Shown here: positions 8,205 through 18,552 of the stretch, piece after piece
How positions within the stretch are numbered: position 1 is the first letter of the stretch
Layout of the letters: each line of letters opens with the position of its first letter
Source: Chamaesiphon sp.
GTDB lineage: Bacteria > Cyanobacteriota > Cyanobacteriia > Cyanobacteriales > Chamaesiphonaceae
Direction of reading: 5' to 3'
Length of the DNA: 64,000 bases
Assembly (NCBI GenBank): GCA_965246715.1
Contig: CBDFFH010000046.1
Location: 54,227-118,226 of the forward strand
Translations under genes and position numbers: made by a program
The notes under the pieces: model-generated
The model's database searches: none
Told to the model about the DNA's origin: nothing
Seen by the model: only the letters and a program-made list of their open reading frames with translations

Positions 8205-9595
8205 GCTGCCATCCCCCGCTGTTGCTCCTGCCAGCGATAGAAAGCCCACCCTGGTTTGTACTTCATCATCTGCGCGTACTTCGTCCAGATCGTGAGGGGC
8301 GGTTTTAGTTCCTCCAATCGAAATCTAATCCAAGCTGGTTTGTAGCCTTTCTCTCCAGCGTGGGCAACCAGATTCGCATAGATAATATCCCAAGCCCCTT
8401 CGCCAGTTACTTCGATGAGTTCTCGATCAAGGGGTAGTGCGTCGGCTAGGGGAATCAGTCGTTCTGGTTTAACTTTCACCTTCACCTGTCGATCGTCATC
8501 AACTTCTAATTCTTGTTTGCTCGGTGGCGTACCTTCAATCTGCCACTGGCGGGGGAAATCCGGTAAGCCATGAGTCGCCCAACTCTTGGTCATATCGATG
8601 ATTAATCCGTGGGTTTTGCCCTCAGCTATCCGCAACACTCGCCCACACATTTGCAGGTATCTGGATAGAGATTTAGTCGGTCTAGCCAGCATCACACACT
8701 CCAACGCTGGGATATCTAACCCCTCATCAAATAATCCGACATTGGTTAAAACTTGAATCTTCCCCGCTTTAAACCGTTCGAGAGTGCGTTTCCGATGTGC
8801 CCAATCGCTTTCTCCATCGAGGTGAGCGGTGGCGATACCTTCGATATTGAAGGTACACGCGATCGATTCTGAGTGTTCGATATTGATGGCAAATATTACC
8901 GTCTGTAAGCCATTGGCATATCGGCGATAACTATTTACCAGATGCCCCGCTACCTCCAAACTATCGTTAACTTGGGCGAGTTGAGATAGGGAATAGTCCC
9001 CACCGATCGATCGCACCCCTTTGACAATCATCGGGTTGGGATCTGCATACATTTTGAATGGGGACAGGTAGCCAGCCTTGATTAACTCAGCGGTACTCAT
9101 ACCGCACTCCAACACGTCGAACAGGTCATCGAACCCAGTTCCGTCGAGTCTGACTGGGGTAGCTGTCAAGCCGAGAATCTTCGAGTTGGGGAAGTTGTCT
9201 AAAATTGCCCTGTAACTGGCTGCGGTGGTGTGATGAGCTTCATCGATAATGATGAGATCGAAATGTCCCGATCGATCTAAACGATTGACCAATGACTGCA
9301 CCGAAGCCACCTGAACGGGGAAGAGTGGCGTTTCAGGATAACCCGCTTTAATAATCCCGATCCCACACTCGCACCAGTGGGAGAGGTGGGAGTAGGCTTG
9401 AACTATTAATTCCTCTCGATGCGCCATCAGCAGGACTCTCAAACCTGCCCGTACAAAGTGAGAAGCGATCGCTCCAAAGATGACGGACTTACCGCCACCC
9501 GTGGGGAGTTGGGCGAGGATGCGGCGGTGAGTCTGCCATTGGTAGAAGATGCGACCGATCAGATCTGATTGGTAGGGTCGGAGGATGGGATTCAT
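8201..9595 (-). CDS. SF2 DEAH-box helicase (phage/ResIII type)
   Basis: LRPYQ, LPTGGGKS, IIDEAHH, GLTATP, YLQMCGRVLR; C-terminal KYKPGWA motif. Confidence 0.95.
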   Translation of the reverse strand: MNPILRPYQSDLIGRIFYQWQTHRRILAQLPTGGGKSVIFGAIASHFVRAGLRVLLMAHREELIVQAYSHLSHWCECGIGIIKAGYPETPLFPVQVASVQSLVNRLDRSGHFDLIIIDEAHHTTAASYRAILDNFPNSKILGLTATPVRLDGTGFDDLFDVLECGMSTAELIKAGYLSPFKMYADPNPMIVKGVRSIGGDYSLSQLAQVNDSLEVAGHLVNSYRRYANGLQTVIFAINIEHSESIACTFNIEGIATAHLDGESDWAHRKRTLERFKAGKIQVLTNVGLFDEGLDIPALECVMLARPTKSLSRYLQMCGRVLRIAEGKTHGLIIDMTKSWATHGLPDFPRQWQIEGTPPSKQELEVDDDRQVKVKVKPERLIPLADALPLDRELIEVTGEGAWDIIYANLVAHAGEKGYKPAWIRFRLEELKPPLTIWTKYAQMMKYKPGWAFYRWQEQQRGMAA

Positions 9596-12500
9596 CAGGC
9601 TACCTCCAATTCATCGCAGGTGTAGCGACGGACGACTCGATCGGAATCCCAAACCACTGAATACAGATCGAGATCGATCGATTCGATAGTCCCCAGATCT
9701 AACCCGCGCTCGTGGAAAGAATTAGATGGTTTGACTCGATCGCCAACTTTTAATTTAGAAAGATTCCCTAACTGTGTTTTTGATGGTGAAGGTGGTGAAG
9801 GTAGTGAAGGTGATTCTAGAGTGCTTACAGGGTAATCATTTTCAGCTTTCCTATTGCCTTCACCAGATAATGAAGGCTGGTGAAGACGGTGAAGGCTCGA
9901 ATCATTTTCGCTCCCCGAACCTTCACTACCTTCACTAATGTTTTTGGCGTGGTGAAGGTCGGGTGAAGGGTCTGAAACCTTGTCAGCATCAGTACTTGAA
10001 TCATCACCTTCACTACCTTCACCGCCTTCACCACTATTTTTATGTTTACCGAAAATATAATAATAATCAGTGTTACCTTTTATCGAACGCTGGTGGATAG
10101 ATTTACCATCTTTGCGAGGGGGAATCAGCCAGCCAAGACGCTGTAACTCCTTTACCAATTCAGTTTTATTGACACCATCGCAAAACTCTCGATCGAATAC
10201 TGACGTGGGAACTCGGAATTCCTCGGTTTGCCCCTCAGAGTCTATCTTTCGATATGCCAATAAACCCCGCACCTTTTGACCGCCATTATCCGGCAGTGTG
10301 AAAACTCGATCGCTAAACTCATTAGTGACTAATAGATGTTCGATGCGAGCGATCGCTTGTTTGACCTCGATCGAACCGTCGCCACCTCGTTCTTTGAGCC
10401 ATGAGTTGAAGCATGTAGAGATAGCCCACTCTATATCTTCGACATCGAAGGGGAGTAGGTCGTATTTATGGGCTAATCCGAGCGATACTTGCACCAGTGC
10501 GAACCGTTTGGCTACCCGTCCGATCGCGCTATCTTTAGTCCCCTCGCTTAATTTAGCGGCAATGAGTGTTACCTGTTTTGAGATGTTACCCGCAAATGTT
10601 GGATCGGCTGCATCTACCACCAACCGAGAGAGGAAAGCATCGAGAGCGGTACCGTGATGCTCTTTTACCGCAGCCTCCAAAGCCGAGACGAACTGAACGG
10701 CTGTATCCGCCCCGTGAATCGTTTCAAAACATCCATACAACGAACCATCTGGCACCGCTGGGATATTAGGAAGTCTGACTTCCTGACCACCTTTAATGGA
10801 CTCACCAGCCAGTTCCATGAATTTACCGATTGTCGTTTCACCAGATGACAGCACTAGGGTTAGCCACACCTTGGGTTTTCGGTTCGTCCCGTCCTTCGTC
10901 GATCGCCCCTTACCGATGCCATTGCCCAACATATAGACAATCGCCCCGACCTTTCGCGGGTCAGCCTGATTTAGTTCGTCGAGTGGTAGACATAGGTGGT
11001 TAGATGCTGCTAAACCACCCTCTAGAGCGTTATCTGTAGTTCTCCAACTCGAAACAGTTTTCAGTCCAGTAACGGACGCGGCTACAGATAGAGTGGTGGT
11101 TTTCCCCTGAGATGTTGCACCGACATAATGAAAACCTCCCGACTCAACATCAGCAATGGGTAATAGTGGAGCTGCAAAACTGGAGCCGATCGCCAAAAGT
11201 AATCGAGAGTTACCCGCACATGGAGCTGCTACGTTATCTTTCCAGCCCTGTAATGTACCTTTTGTCTCTGTGATGGCTTCTGGACTCGGATCTACATCCC
11301 GAAATTTCAGGTTTTCATCTCCATAGGTCTTATGTGGTAGAACGAATGAATTACCCACCCAGCCACTCGAATCGGTGATGGTGTAAGTTGTTTCGACATC
11401 AGACCCCAAACTTTGGATGTAATCGAGTAAGGCTCCTTTCTGTTTCCGCTTGAAGTTGTAACCACGGCTGAGAAGTCCCTCAGCGATCGCGCTACCATCG
11501 CCAGCTAAATAGGCTCTGAGCATCGTCCAGCGACGGATATCGCCCTTGAACGTTTTGAATTCTAGTAGCAATGCTGCGCCGTCTCGTTCGGGGTTATCGA
11601 CGCAAGCGATCGCGGCTAGATGGTTCCCGATCGATTCTTCATCTCCATCAGAACTCACCTTGGCTAGACCAGTCTCGATCGAGCTACTAAAACGAGCAGG
11701 TTTATCAATTTTTTCCTTTACCCATGATTTCAGACAGTTGATTAAAAACTCTTCATTCTGAATACTCGGAGATGGTCTAAAATCCTGAGCTGATTTATAG
11801 ATGCGATCACAATCTCGACCGCTCAATGGTGGCGTACATTTTTGACAGTATTCAGACAACAACTGATAAGAATCGCCATTCACATTTAACTGGTAAGTTT
11901 TCTTGCGATACTCAAAACTAATTGAAGGAACATGGGCAGCAACTCCAATCAGATCGCGGGCTAAAGAGCATCCCATATCATCTCTACTCCCCTCATACAC
12001 CCCGTTTTCTAAAGCCTCTCGATGTATTTTTGATAAACATCGCTCGATCGGGATTGGTGGCAATACTTCGTTACTACTCTTCGTTGGCTTAGGTTTGGTT
12101 CGATTGGGTGGTGGTGAAGTCTTCTGCTTTGGTTTTTTTAATAAGTAATCCAACACCTTGTCAGGTAGTGGTGCGATCTCCGTGGTGTCTGGGGAGTTAA
12201 ACCATAAATATTGTCCGGTATCGGGATGTACTGATGGAGGTAGCACCGACTGATGACCATCCCACCGAAATTCTAGCTGTCCCTCTTCCTGGGCTTTGCC
12301 AATTTTCTTGGTCTTAATACCATCCCAATGTTCTTCGGGAATGGTAAAGAGATACTGAGCGCGTCCATCTCTACCACTGGTGAAAGAGACAGTGCGGGGA
12401 ATATCGCTCTCCAGAATGTCCTTAAATCGCTGATGTGGAATATGCCCATCACAATCGATCGCCATAATCCCACCCGACAATTTACCAGCCAGGATGCCAA

Positions 12501-12711
12501 AGCCCTGAGCCTGTCCGCTATCGATATCGATAGCGATCGAGTCGCGAGGAACTGGGGTTTTCTGCCACCCTGTGGTGTAGGGGATTTTATTACCATTGAC
12601 TGGGGTTAGTGCCCAATCAAGGGGGATTGTCTGTAGCGATCGAACTAACGATCTCGAACGCGCAAGCGCGCCGCCTAGCGGCGGTCGATCTCCTGATTCT
12701 GTTGTAGCCAT
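9595..12711 (-). CDS. Replication protein: N-terminal bifunctional primase-polymerase plus DUF927 and P-loop NTPase
   Basis: WALTPVNGNK.P...GWQ, GIMAIDCDG, QSVLPPSVHPDTG.Y.W (prim-pol); GGFHYVGATSQGKTT, WRTTDNALEG, LPLDEL (DUF927 helicase-like). ATG at 12711 more likely than TTG at 12867. Confidence 0.9.
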   Translation of the reverse strand: MATTESGDRPPLGGALARSRSLVRSLQTIPLDWALTPVNGNKIPYTTGWQKTPVPRDSIAIDIDSGQAQGFGILAGKLSGGIMAIDCDGHIPHQRFKDILESDIPRTVSFTSGRDGRAQYLFTIPEEHWDGIKTKKIGKAQEEGQLEFRWDGHQSVLPPSVHPDTGQYLWFNSPDTTEIAPLPDKVLDYLLKKPKQKTSPPPNRTKPKPTKSSNEVLPPIPIERCLSKIHREALENGVYEGSRDDMGCSLARDLIGVAAHVPSISFEYRKKTYQLNVNGDSYQLLSEYCQKCTPPLSGRDCDRIYKSAQDFRPSPSIQNEEFLINCLKSWVKEKIDKPARFSSSIETGLAKVSSDGDEESIGNHLAAIACVDNPERDGAALLLEFKTFKGDIRRWTMLRAYLAGDGSAIAEGLLSRGYNFKRKQKGALLDYIQSLGSDVETTYTITDSSGWVGNSFVLPHKTYGDENLKFRDVDPSPEAITETKGTLQGWKDNVAAPCAGNSRLLLAIGSSFAAPLLPIADVESGGFHYVGATSQGKTTTLSVAASVTGLKTVSSWRTTDNALEGGLAASNHLCLPLDELNQADPRKVGAIVYMLGNGIGKGRSTKDGTNRKPKVWLTLVLSSGETTIGKFMELAGESIKGGQEVRLPNIPAVPDGSLYGCFETIHGADTAVQFVSALEAAVKEHHGTALDAFLSRLVVDAADPTFAGNISKQVTLIAAKLSEGTKDSAIGRVAKRFALVQVSLGLAHKYDLLPFDVEDIEWAISTCFNSWLKERGGDGSIEVKQAIARIEHLLVTNEFSDRVFTLPDNGGQKVRGLLAYRKIDSEGQTEEFRVPTSVFDREFCDGVNKTELVKELQRLGWLIPPRKDGKSIHQRSIKGNTDYYYIFGKHKNSGEGGEGSEGDDSSTDADKVSDPSPDLHHAKNISEGSEGSGSENDSSLHRLHQPSLSGEGNRKAENDYPVSTLESPSLPSPPSPSKTQLGNLSKLKVGDRVKPSNSFHERGLDLGTIESIDLDLYSVVWDSDRVVRRYTCDELEVA
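9784..10033. repeat. Iteron-like GGTGAAGG array inside the 3' end of the rep gene (candidate origin)
   Basis: About 14 copies in both orientations; the outer 31-bp blocks 9784-9814 and 10003-10033 are inverted repeats (30/31). Confidence 0.8.
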
Positions 12712-12959
12712 AAGTGTTTCCCCTATTTGGCGGATTGAATAGTATCCAAGGGGCGAGTTATACTTATGGCTGAGTCGTGCCACAAGTATTCGATCGATTG
12801 GAGTTCCGCCCCTGGTAACTCCAATCCGAGCAAAAACCTTCAGAGTTAAGATCTGGGGGTTTTGCAATTTAGGGGGGTATCCCCAAACCAGAATTTGACA
12901 TAGAGTTGAGATCTGTTTTTACGTTTTTTCGCCATCAGCGATGAGGCGATTTTTTATAT

Positions 12960-13232
12960 TTAGGCAGCAGCTTTACGCCCTCTTTTCCGAGGTGCATTAC
13001 TCGGTCTGGAGTCTTGCACTAATTCGATCGCCCTGGCTTGTGCAGCGATATCGTCGGGGTCTAGTTGCCAATCCTTTAGAAGTGGAAGGCAGTAGCGAAT
13101 CATCTTGTATCCAATTTTGGTGTAGACGTGTGGAGGAATATCGCCCCTGAGTCGCCGTTTCTTCAAGGTGTCTGTAGCCATACCTATCACTTTCGCGGCA
13201 TCCTTTTCAGGGGTATCAAAGTTGAAATTCAT
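12960..13232 (-). CDS. AlpA/excisionase-like winged-helix protein
   Basis: TPEKDAAKVIGMATDTLKKRRLRG...YTKIGYKMIRY; ATG at 13232; lies between integrase and rep. Confidence 0.75.
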   Translation of the reverse strand: MNFNFDTPEKDAAKVIGMATDTLKKRRLRGDIPPHVYTKIGYKMIRYCLPLLKDWQLDPDDIAAQARAIELVQDSRPSNAPRKRGRKAAA

Positions 13233-13338
13233 GTCTTTACGTGGAGATAAGTGGTTTATCACTGTGGATAATTTACTCCAGCCCAAGAGAACCAGAGGAC
13301 GTTTAAATGTGACTTTTTCCACCGAATCCACAAATACG

Positions 13339-14418
13339 TTATCTAGCACGACTGTTCTCTATGCAGTTCCAGCACAAGTTTTTCGTACCGAACACATACA
13401 GTACTTTCTTTTCCCCATTACATTCAGGACAATTGTGGCGTTTATCATCGAATGCTTTTTCAAAATTTTTTCTGGAGAATCGAGTCTTTTTCTTGTTGAG
13501 AGCATGTGGTCGCGATCTACTGTTTCTTGTAGTGCCAGCAGAATATTTTTTCTCGCACTTCTTACATTTTGAGAGTTCTTTTCCTCGTGGGCGGATCATC
13601 AATTCATTACAGAAATCACAATCAGGGGAACCGCAAGGCTTGAAATCTTCCCCTGAATAGAGAATGTTGACATCTTCTTGACAGATAGGACAAATAAATG
13701 AGTGGTAATCTGTTTTGGTATGATTCGCAAAATTAGTAAGCCGTTTAGCTATACGAAAACTGGCTATTTTCAATTCCTCCATTTCAGGATCGGTATCTGA
13801 AATAATATTTGTAATAGTCATAAAAGCAATATAGTGTAGCTTCGCCTCTGTGTATTCAGGATATTTGTCTAGAAGTGGACGATCTTTCAACCAAAGATTA
13901 CTGGGACTACTGTAAGGCTTTTGATTAGTTCTTGCCTCAATAATTCTAGATAATTCATCTCCTACTTCTTTTGCCCCAGAGCCTCTGCTATTTCCCAGCA
14001 TAAAATTAAACCATCTCATGATGACAATACTTCGCCACACCAAGACAAAACTAAGACCTGCTTTATCACACTGTTTTTTATAATTATGATATTTGTCTAA
14101 ATATATCTGGAGAATTTTCTTGGCATTAGGATCGTTACATGTATGTATGAATTTTTCTGGATCGAAGGTAGCAGCGTGATCTATCAAGAATCGATTGTTG
14201 AGCATCATGATTTTACGAATATTTTCTCCACTCCATTTGTTTGAAATCATTTCCATTGATTTCGTAGATGGCACACATGTGCCAAAGATATTAACACATA
14301 AGAATATTTCTAGATTCTTTATTTCCTCTGCTGACAATCCGTATCCCTTTAGAACATCAGCGTTAAATATTACTTCCATTTTTACAATTCCATCAATATT
14401 GTTTAGCGATCGCAGCAC
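13339..14418 (-). CDS. AT-rich hypothetical protein with a multi-CxxC (Zn-ribbon-like) C-terminus
   Basis: CPIC, CGSPDCDFC, CKKC, CPEC, CWNC; start codon uncertain. Confidence 0.7.
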   Translation of the reverse strand: MLRSLNNIDGIVKMEVIFNADVLKGYGLSAEEIKNLEIFLCVNIFGTCVPSTKSMEMISNKWSGENIRKIMMLNNRFLIDHAATFDPEKFIHTCNDPNAKKILQIYLDKYHNYKKQCDKAGLSFVLVWRSIVIMRWFNFMLGNSRGSGAKEVGDELSRIIEARTNQKPYSSPSNLWLKDRPLLDKYPEYTEAKLHYIAFMTITNIISDTDPEMEELKIASFRIAKRLTNFANHTKTDYHSFICPICQEDVNILYSGEDFKPCGSPDCDFCNELMIRPRGKELSKCKKCEKKYSAGTTRNSRSRPHALNKKKTRFSRKNFEKAFDDKRHNCPECNGEKKVLYVFGTKNLCWNCIENSRAR

Positions 14419-15521
14419 AAAATCGAGTAAATAGCGATCAATAATCAGGAGCTATCAAATCTTTCTTTTTCCCTGCGTAGTGCCGATAAATCATTTCTGG
14501 GCTATTGCCAACAAGCCTCGCGACATCCTTAGCATCCATGCCAGAGTCTAAGCAGAACGTTATATAGGTATGCCTACAGTGATAGATCCCCCGCTCCACT
14601 ATCCCTAAACTAGTTAGAACTTTCCGCCATTCTCGATCAGCAAATCGATCGATGTTGATAAATTTACTCTCGACCGATAAAAACAAAAACCGCTCTGGAT
14701 CTGGTGAATCTCCCACCAACGATCCCAAGAACATCTGCAATCCTTCACCACACGGGAAGACTCGCTGAGATTGTGTCTTTAGCCCCTGCTTTAGCTTTAA
14801 ACCGCTCTCGCTCCAAGTTATAGACTGGCAGAAAGTTATCGATCGATACTCCTTCCCAAGATGCTTAATTTGGAGCGCGATCGCCTCTGATGGTCTGGCT
14901 CCCGTTCGGAATAAAAATTCCACCAGTGGCGCATAGTGGCTCCCATTATCTTTTAACCTTTGAACGATCGAATTTCGCTCTTCTGACGTGAAGGCATTAA
15001 TGTCTTCCTCCTCACTCTTCCTTACTGATTTGATATCAGCAGACATCCCAATGAACGGGTTACTATCGACCAGATTCGACAGAATACCCCAATTACAAGC
15101 GGCTGTGAGTTTAGATAAAACTCGTTTGGCAGTATTGGGCGAAGTATTCTTGACAAGGTGATCTCTAATAACCACTGCGTCAGCTAACTTCGCCGATGGA
15201 AATTTCCTGATATTCAGTCGCACTCGATCGAAGTCCTTTGCGATCGTCGTCTGAGATAGTTGGGGGCGTTTGTAATCCGTGTACCGCTCCCACAATTCAA
15301 CCAGTGTCAAGTTCTCCGCTGGTGGTTGCTCCGGTTCGATAGTAGCAAGTCGTTTGTATTTTTCCAGAGTGGGATCGAAAAGGTTTGGGTCGAAGCGGGA
15401 ACCACGAATATCTTTTTCAATCCACTGTCTAACCGTCTCCGCATAATATCGATTAGCTTTGGAGTCAGACACTCCCAACGATAGATAATTGCGCTTCTTT
15501 TGGTGGGTAAAGACGATCTGA

Positions 15522-16438
15522 GAACCTGTTTGAAAAGTTTGAGGATAGCTTACCCAGCATGAGTTTTAGGCTCTAATCGACGAACCATCAAATGAACCAT
15601 AGCAGCAAACAGCATCATTTCGCTGGTAGTGGGCAAAAATTCATAGTCTTTACTTAAACGCCGATAATGTCCAAACCAGGAGTAAGTCCGCTCCACCACC
15701 CAACGTTTAGGAATAACCTGAAAACCAGGTTTCTCATCAGTACGCTTGAGATGTTCCAACTTCCAGCCAAACTGTCGTTCGATCTTTGCCACAAATTCCT
15801 TACCAGCAAAGGTGCTGTCGATCCAAATCACTTGCAGGCACTGCCATAACCAAGCCCAGAACGTGGCTAGTAAAATCATCCCCGCATGGTCGGAGCGTCC
15901 AGCACTATGCACACAGACACCCAGCAGCAGACCCATTGTATCGACCAAGATGGTTCGTTTACGTCCTTTAACCTTCTTGCCACCATCAAATCCGATCTCC
16001 TCACCCCCACTGGCTGTTTTCACCGATTGACTATCCACGCTCCCTGCACTCGGTTGGGCATTTCTTCCGGCTGCTAGTCGCACCTTTACTCGTAATTCAT
16101 GATTGAGTTTCTGCCATGTCCCATCTGCCTCCCATGCGCGGAAATAGGTGTAAACACTCGGCCATTTTGGTAGGTCATGGGGCATTGCTCGCCATTTAAT
16201 CCCGTTAGCCAGCAGATAGAAGATTGCATTGAGCACTTCTCTCATCTCTAAGCTCCGAGGACGACCTCCTTGTTTGGCCGCCGGAATATACGGTTCTAAA
16301 ATTTGCCACTGGTCATCTGTGAGGTCTGTGTCGTATGCTAGTCGTGTCATTATAAGGGTCTGTTTTTAGACCCTTTTACTTTACAATTGCCTTGTCACAG
16401 AGGCTCAGAGGCGTTCTCAATACTTTTCAAACAGCTTC
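15522..16438 (-). mobile_element. IS5-family (IS1031-like) insertion sequence, 917 bp
   Basis: 17-bp terminal inverted repeats GAA(C/G)CTGTTTGAAAAGT (16/17); 3-bp TGA target duplication at 15519-15521 and 16439-16441. Confidence 0.93.
15550..16350 (-). CDS. IS5-family DDE transposase
   Basis: YDTDLTDDQW, GIKWRAMPHDLP.W.SVY.YF, VDSQSVK, GFDGGKKVKGRKR, KRWVVERT..W. Confidence 0.97.
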   Translation of the reverse strand: MTRLAYDTDLTDDQWQILEPYIPAAKQGGRPRSLEMREVLNAIFYLLANGIKWRAMPHDLPKWPSVYTYFRAWEADGTWQKLNHELRVKVRLAAGRNAQPSAGSVDSQSVKTASGGEEIGFDGGKKVKGRKRTILVDTMGLLLGVCVHSAGRSDHAGMILLATFWAWLWQCLQVIWIDSTFAGKEFVAKIERQFGWKLEHLKRTDEKPGFQVIPKRWVVERTYSWFGHYRRLSKDYEFLPTTSEMMLFAAMVHLMVRRLEPKTHAG

Positions 16439-16617
16439 TGAAGTCTCCCGTTGGAAACTTTTACCTTGGGTTCCCCTGCTGGTGTCTTATTCATAGTGCA
16501 AAAATACTATATGTTCTAGATTTTACACCAGCATTTAACCCGAACTTACCCCAATAAACACGATTATTTTGGAGTTCTACCCCAACAAGACTAAATTTTA
16601 ATGAAGGATATGAACAC

Positions 16618-16652
16618 AAAAACCCCCAAACCTCTAGGGAATGGGGGTTTTT
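16618..16652 (-). terminator. Element-supplied terminator for tRNA-Cys
   Basis: aaaaaccccca...tgggggttttt hairpin immediately 3' of the tRNA. Confidence 0.65.
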
Positions 16653-16658
16653 AGTTAG

Positions 16659-16730
<72 letters not shown>

Positions 16731-16894
16731 GCAGCTTACTATTATAGCAAAATTTTGAGATAAGGCAAGCACTTCCCGATCTTCTCAGTAACGAGCGTCT
16801 TGAAACTTTTGTATTATAAATGGTGTTTTAAGTCAAGTAATCAACAACCAAATTTCGATCGACCTTCGACTAATTCTAAAATTGTCACCTTATT

Positions 16895-17052
16895 TAACCC
16901 AAGTTGCTACCTAATAGAATGCCTACGATTGAAATCGTGGCTAATGTTGCAAAGTCCGCCTTCGCGGACTAGTTTATTAGTCCGCGAAGGCGGACTTTGC
17001 ATTCCGAGGAGCGGTTTCTAACCGCTTAGGTTATGGGTAGCAACTTGGGTTA
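16895..17052. mobile_element. MITE-like element with TA-flanked inverted ends and an internal REP-like palindrome
   Basis: taacccaagttgctacc ... ggtagcaacttgggtta; internal gcaaagtccgccttcgcggacta / tagtccgcgaaggcggactttgc; sister copy at 48443-48622. Confidence 0.75.
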
Positions 17053-17324
17053 TTTAATTCGAGCAACCGCTCTGGAATACCTGACTGCCATAAGTATGTT
17101 AATAAAGAAATAGCAATGGTTGAGTATCGATCGAAAGTAGACAATCGGTAGACATTTCCGGATTGTTAACTAACAAATTGGATCTTATTAGTAGTGGAAC
17201 GGCAATATTGTCATTAATTAGCAGTGGTGCCCCTGTATTAAACCCTCGCTAGCTGGGAATCATAACTGATATACTATCCGGTTCAATCGATCGTCATACC
17301 GCAGAGCGGCAATAGTTACTGTAG

Positions 17325-18323
17325 ATGCAATTCCATATTCAACCTGACAGCGAAATTCCGGCATCTAAGCAATTGTACGACCAGATGCTATTTGCGATCG
17401 CCTCCAGACAATTTTCACCCGGACATCGACTTCCGAGTACGCGTCAATTGGCGATGCAGACGGGATTGCATCGAAATACGATCGGTAAAGTCTACAGTCA
17501 ACTCGAAAGAACCGGACTGGTGGAATCGGTGGCGGGTTCGGGGATCTATGTCAAATCGCTGGGACATGAGAGCAATCATCTCATCGCTAATTCCCAGATC
17601 GATCCCAGTCTATCGGCGCTGGAATTAGTGTCTCAAAGCCTGAATAATCTCCTCGCTCAAGGTTACTCACTCACTCAATCGCGAGAATTATTCTTAACCG
17701 AAATCGATTGGCGGTGGCGGTGTAGCGCTAGAGTCTTCGTTACCGTGCCTAGAGTTGAAATTGGTGCGGGAGAGTTGATGCTCCAAGAATTGCAACAGTC
17801 GCTTGGCATTCCCGTGCAACTAGTCACGCTTGAAAAATTAGAAACACATCTAGCCGAAACTCATGCAGCTACTGTCGTTACCAGTCGTTATTTCATCGGG
17901 AATGTCGAAGCAAAATTAGCTAAAAGCGAGCTACTCACCCCTCGATCGATCCGCGTGATTCCAGTCGATTTGCAAGACTATGAAAAAGAGTTATCGCTAG
18001 TCAAAACTCTCCCTAAAAATAGCTATGTCGGCATTGTCAGCCTCAGTGCAGGCATTCTTGCCGTTGCGGAGATGATGGTACATAGTATGCGCGGTGACGA
18101 CCTGTTGGTGATGGCTTGTCAGACCAAAGATAATTATAAACTCAATGCCACGATCCGCCGCGCACATACGATTATCAGCGATCGTGCCAGCCTCAATCTC
18201 GTCCATCAAGCGATCGAAGCCGCTGGTGACGATCTAATCCGGATTCCGCAAGTCGTCGAAAGTGAGAGCTATATCGGGCCAAAGTCGATTAATTTACTCA
18301 AGCGCGAACTCGGCTTGATTTAA
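17325..18323 (+). CDS. plmA: GntR-family regulator, cyanobacterial PlmA type
   Basis: MQFHIQPDSEIPASKQL...GHRLPSTRQLAMQTGLHRNTI.KVY. Confidence 0.85.
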   Translation: MQFHIQPDSEIPASKQLYDQMLFAIASRQFSPGHRLPSTRQLAMQTGLHRNTIGKVYSQLERTGLVESVAGSGIYVKSLGHESNHLIANSQIDPSLSALELVSQSLNNLLAQGYSLTQSRELFLTEIDWRWRCSARVFVTVPRVEIGAGELMLQELQQSLGIPVQLVTLEKLETHLAETHAATVVTSRYFIGNVEAKLAKSELLTPRSIRVIPVDLQDYEKELSLVKTLPKNSYVGIVSLSAGILAVAEMMVHSMRGDDLLVMACQTKDNYKLNATIRRAHTIISDRASLNLVHQAIEAAGDDLIRIPQVVESESYIGPKSINLLKRELGLI

Positions 18324-18552
18324 GCGGCGATTGCTTTTTGCCGATCGGAGCGGGAGCAATCGGCAGGTCGAATACCGAGCTAATGAGCGATACATAATTC
18401 AATCTAAAAACTATGCATGACGATCGCTATCTGTTCGCTATTTCCGAACATAGTTGGAATGCGTAAAGATCCGAGTACCTGTTAGCTATTTTCCGAAAAT
18501 CACTACTAATTTAGGGAGCAAAAAAACCGCCAAATAGCTGTATTTGTAACCG

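Larger units (their letters stand above)
14438..16494 (-). pseudogene. int: Tyrosine integrase (arm-binding N-domain plus catalytic domain) interrupted by an IS
   Basis: Removing the IS and one TSD joins MNKTPAGEPKVKVSNGRLQ (from 16494) in frame to IVFTHQKKRNYLSLG..., giving 378 aa; catalytic FRTGARPSE, YHCRHTY, RHY. Confidence 0.92.
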
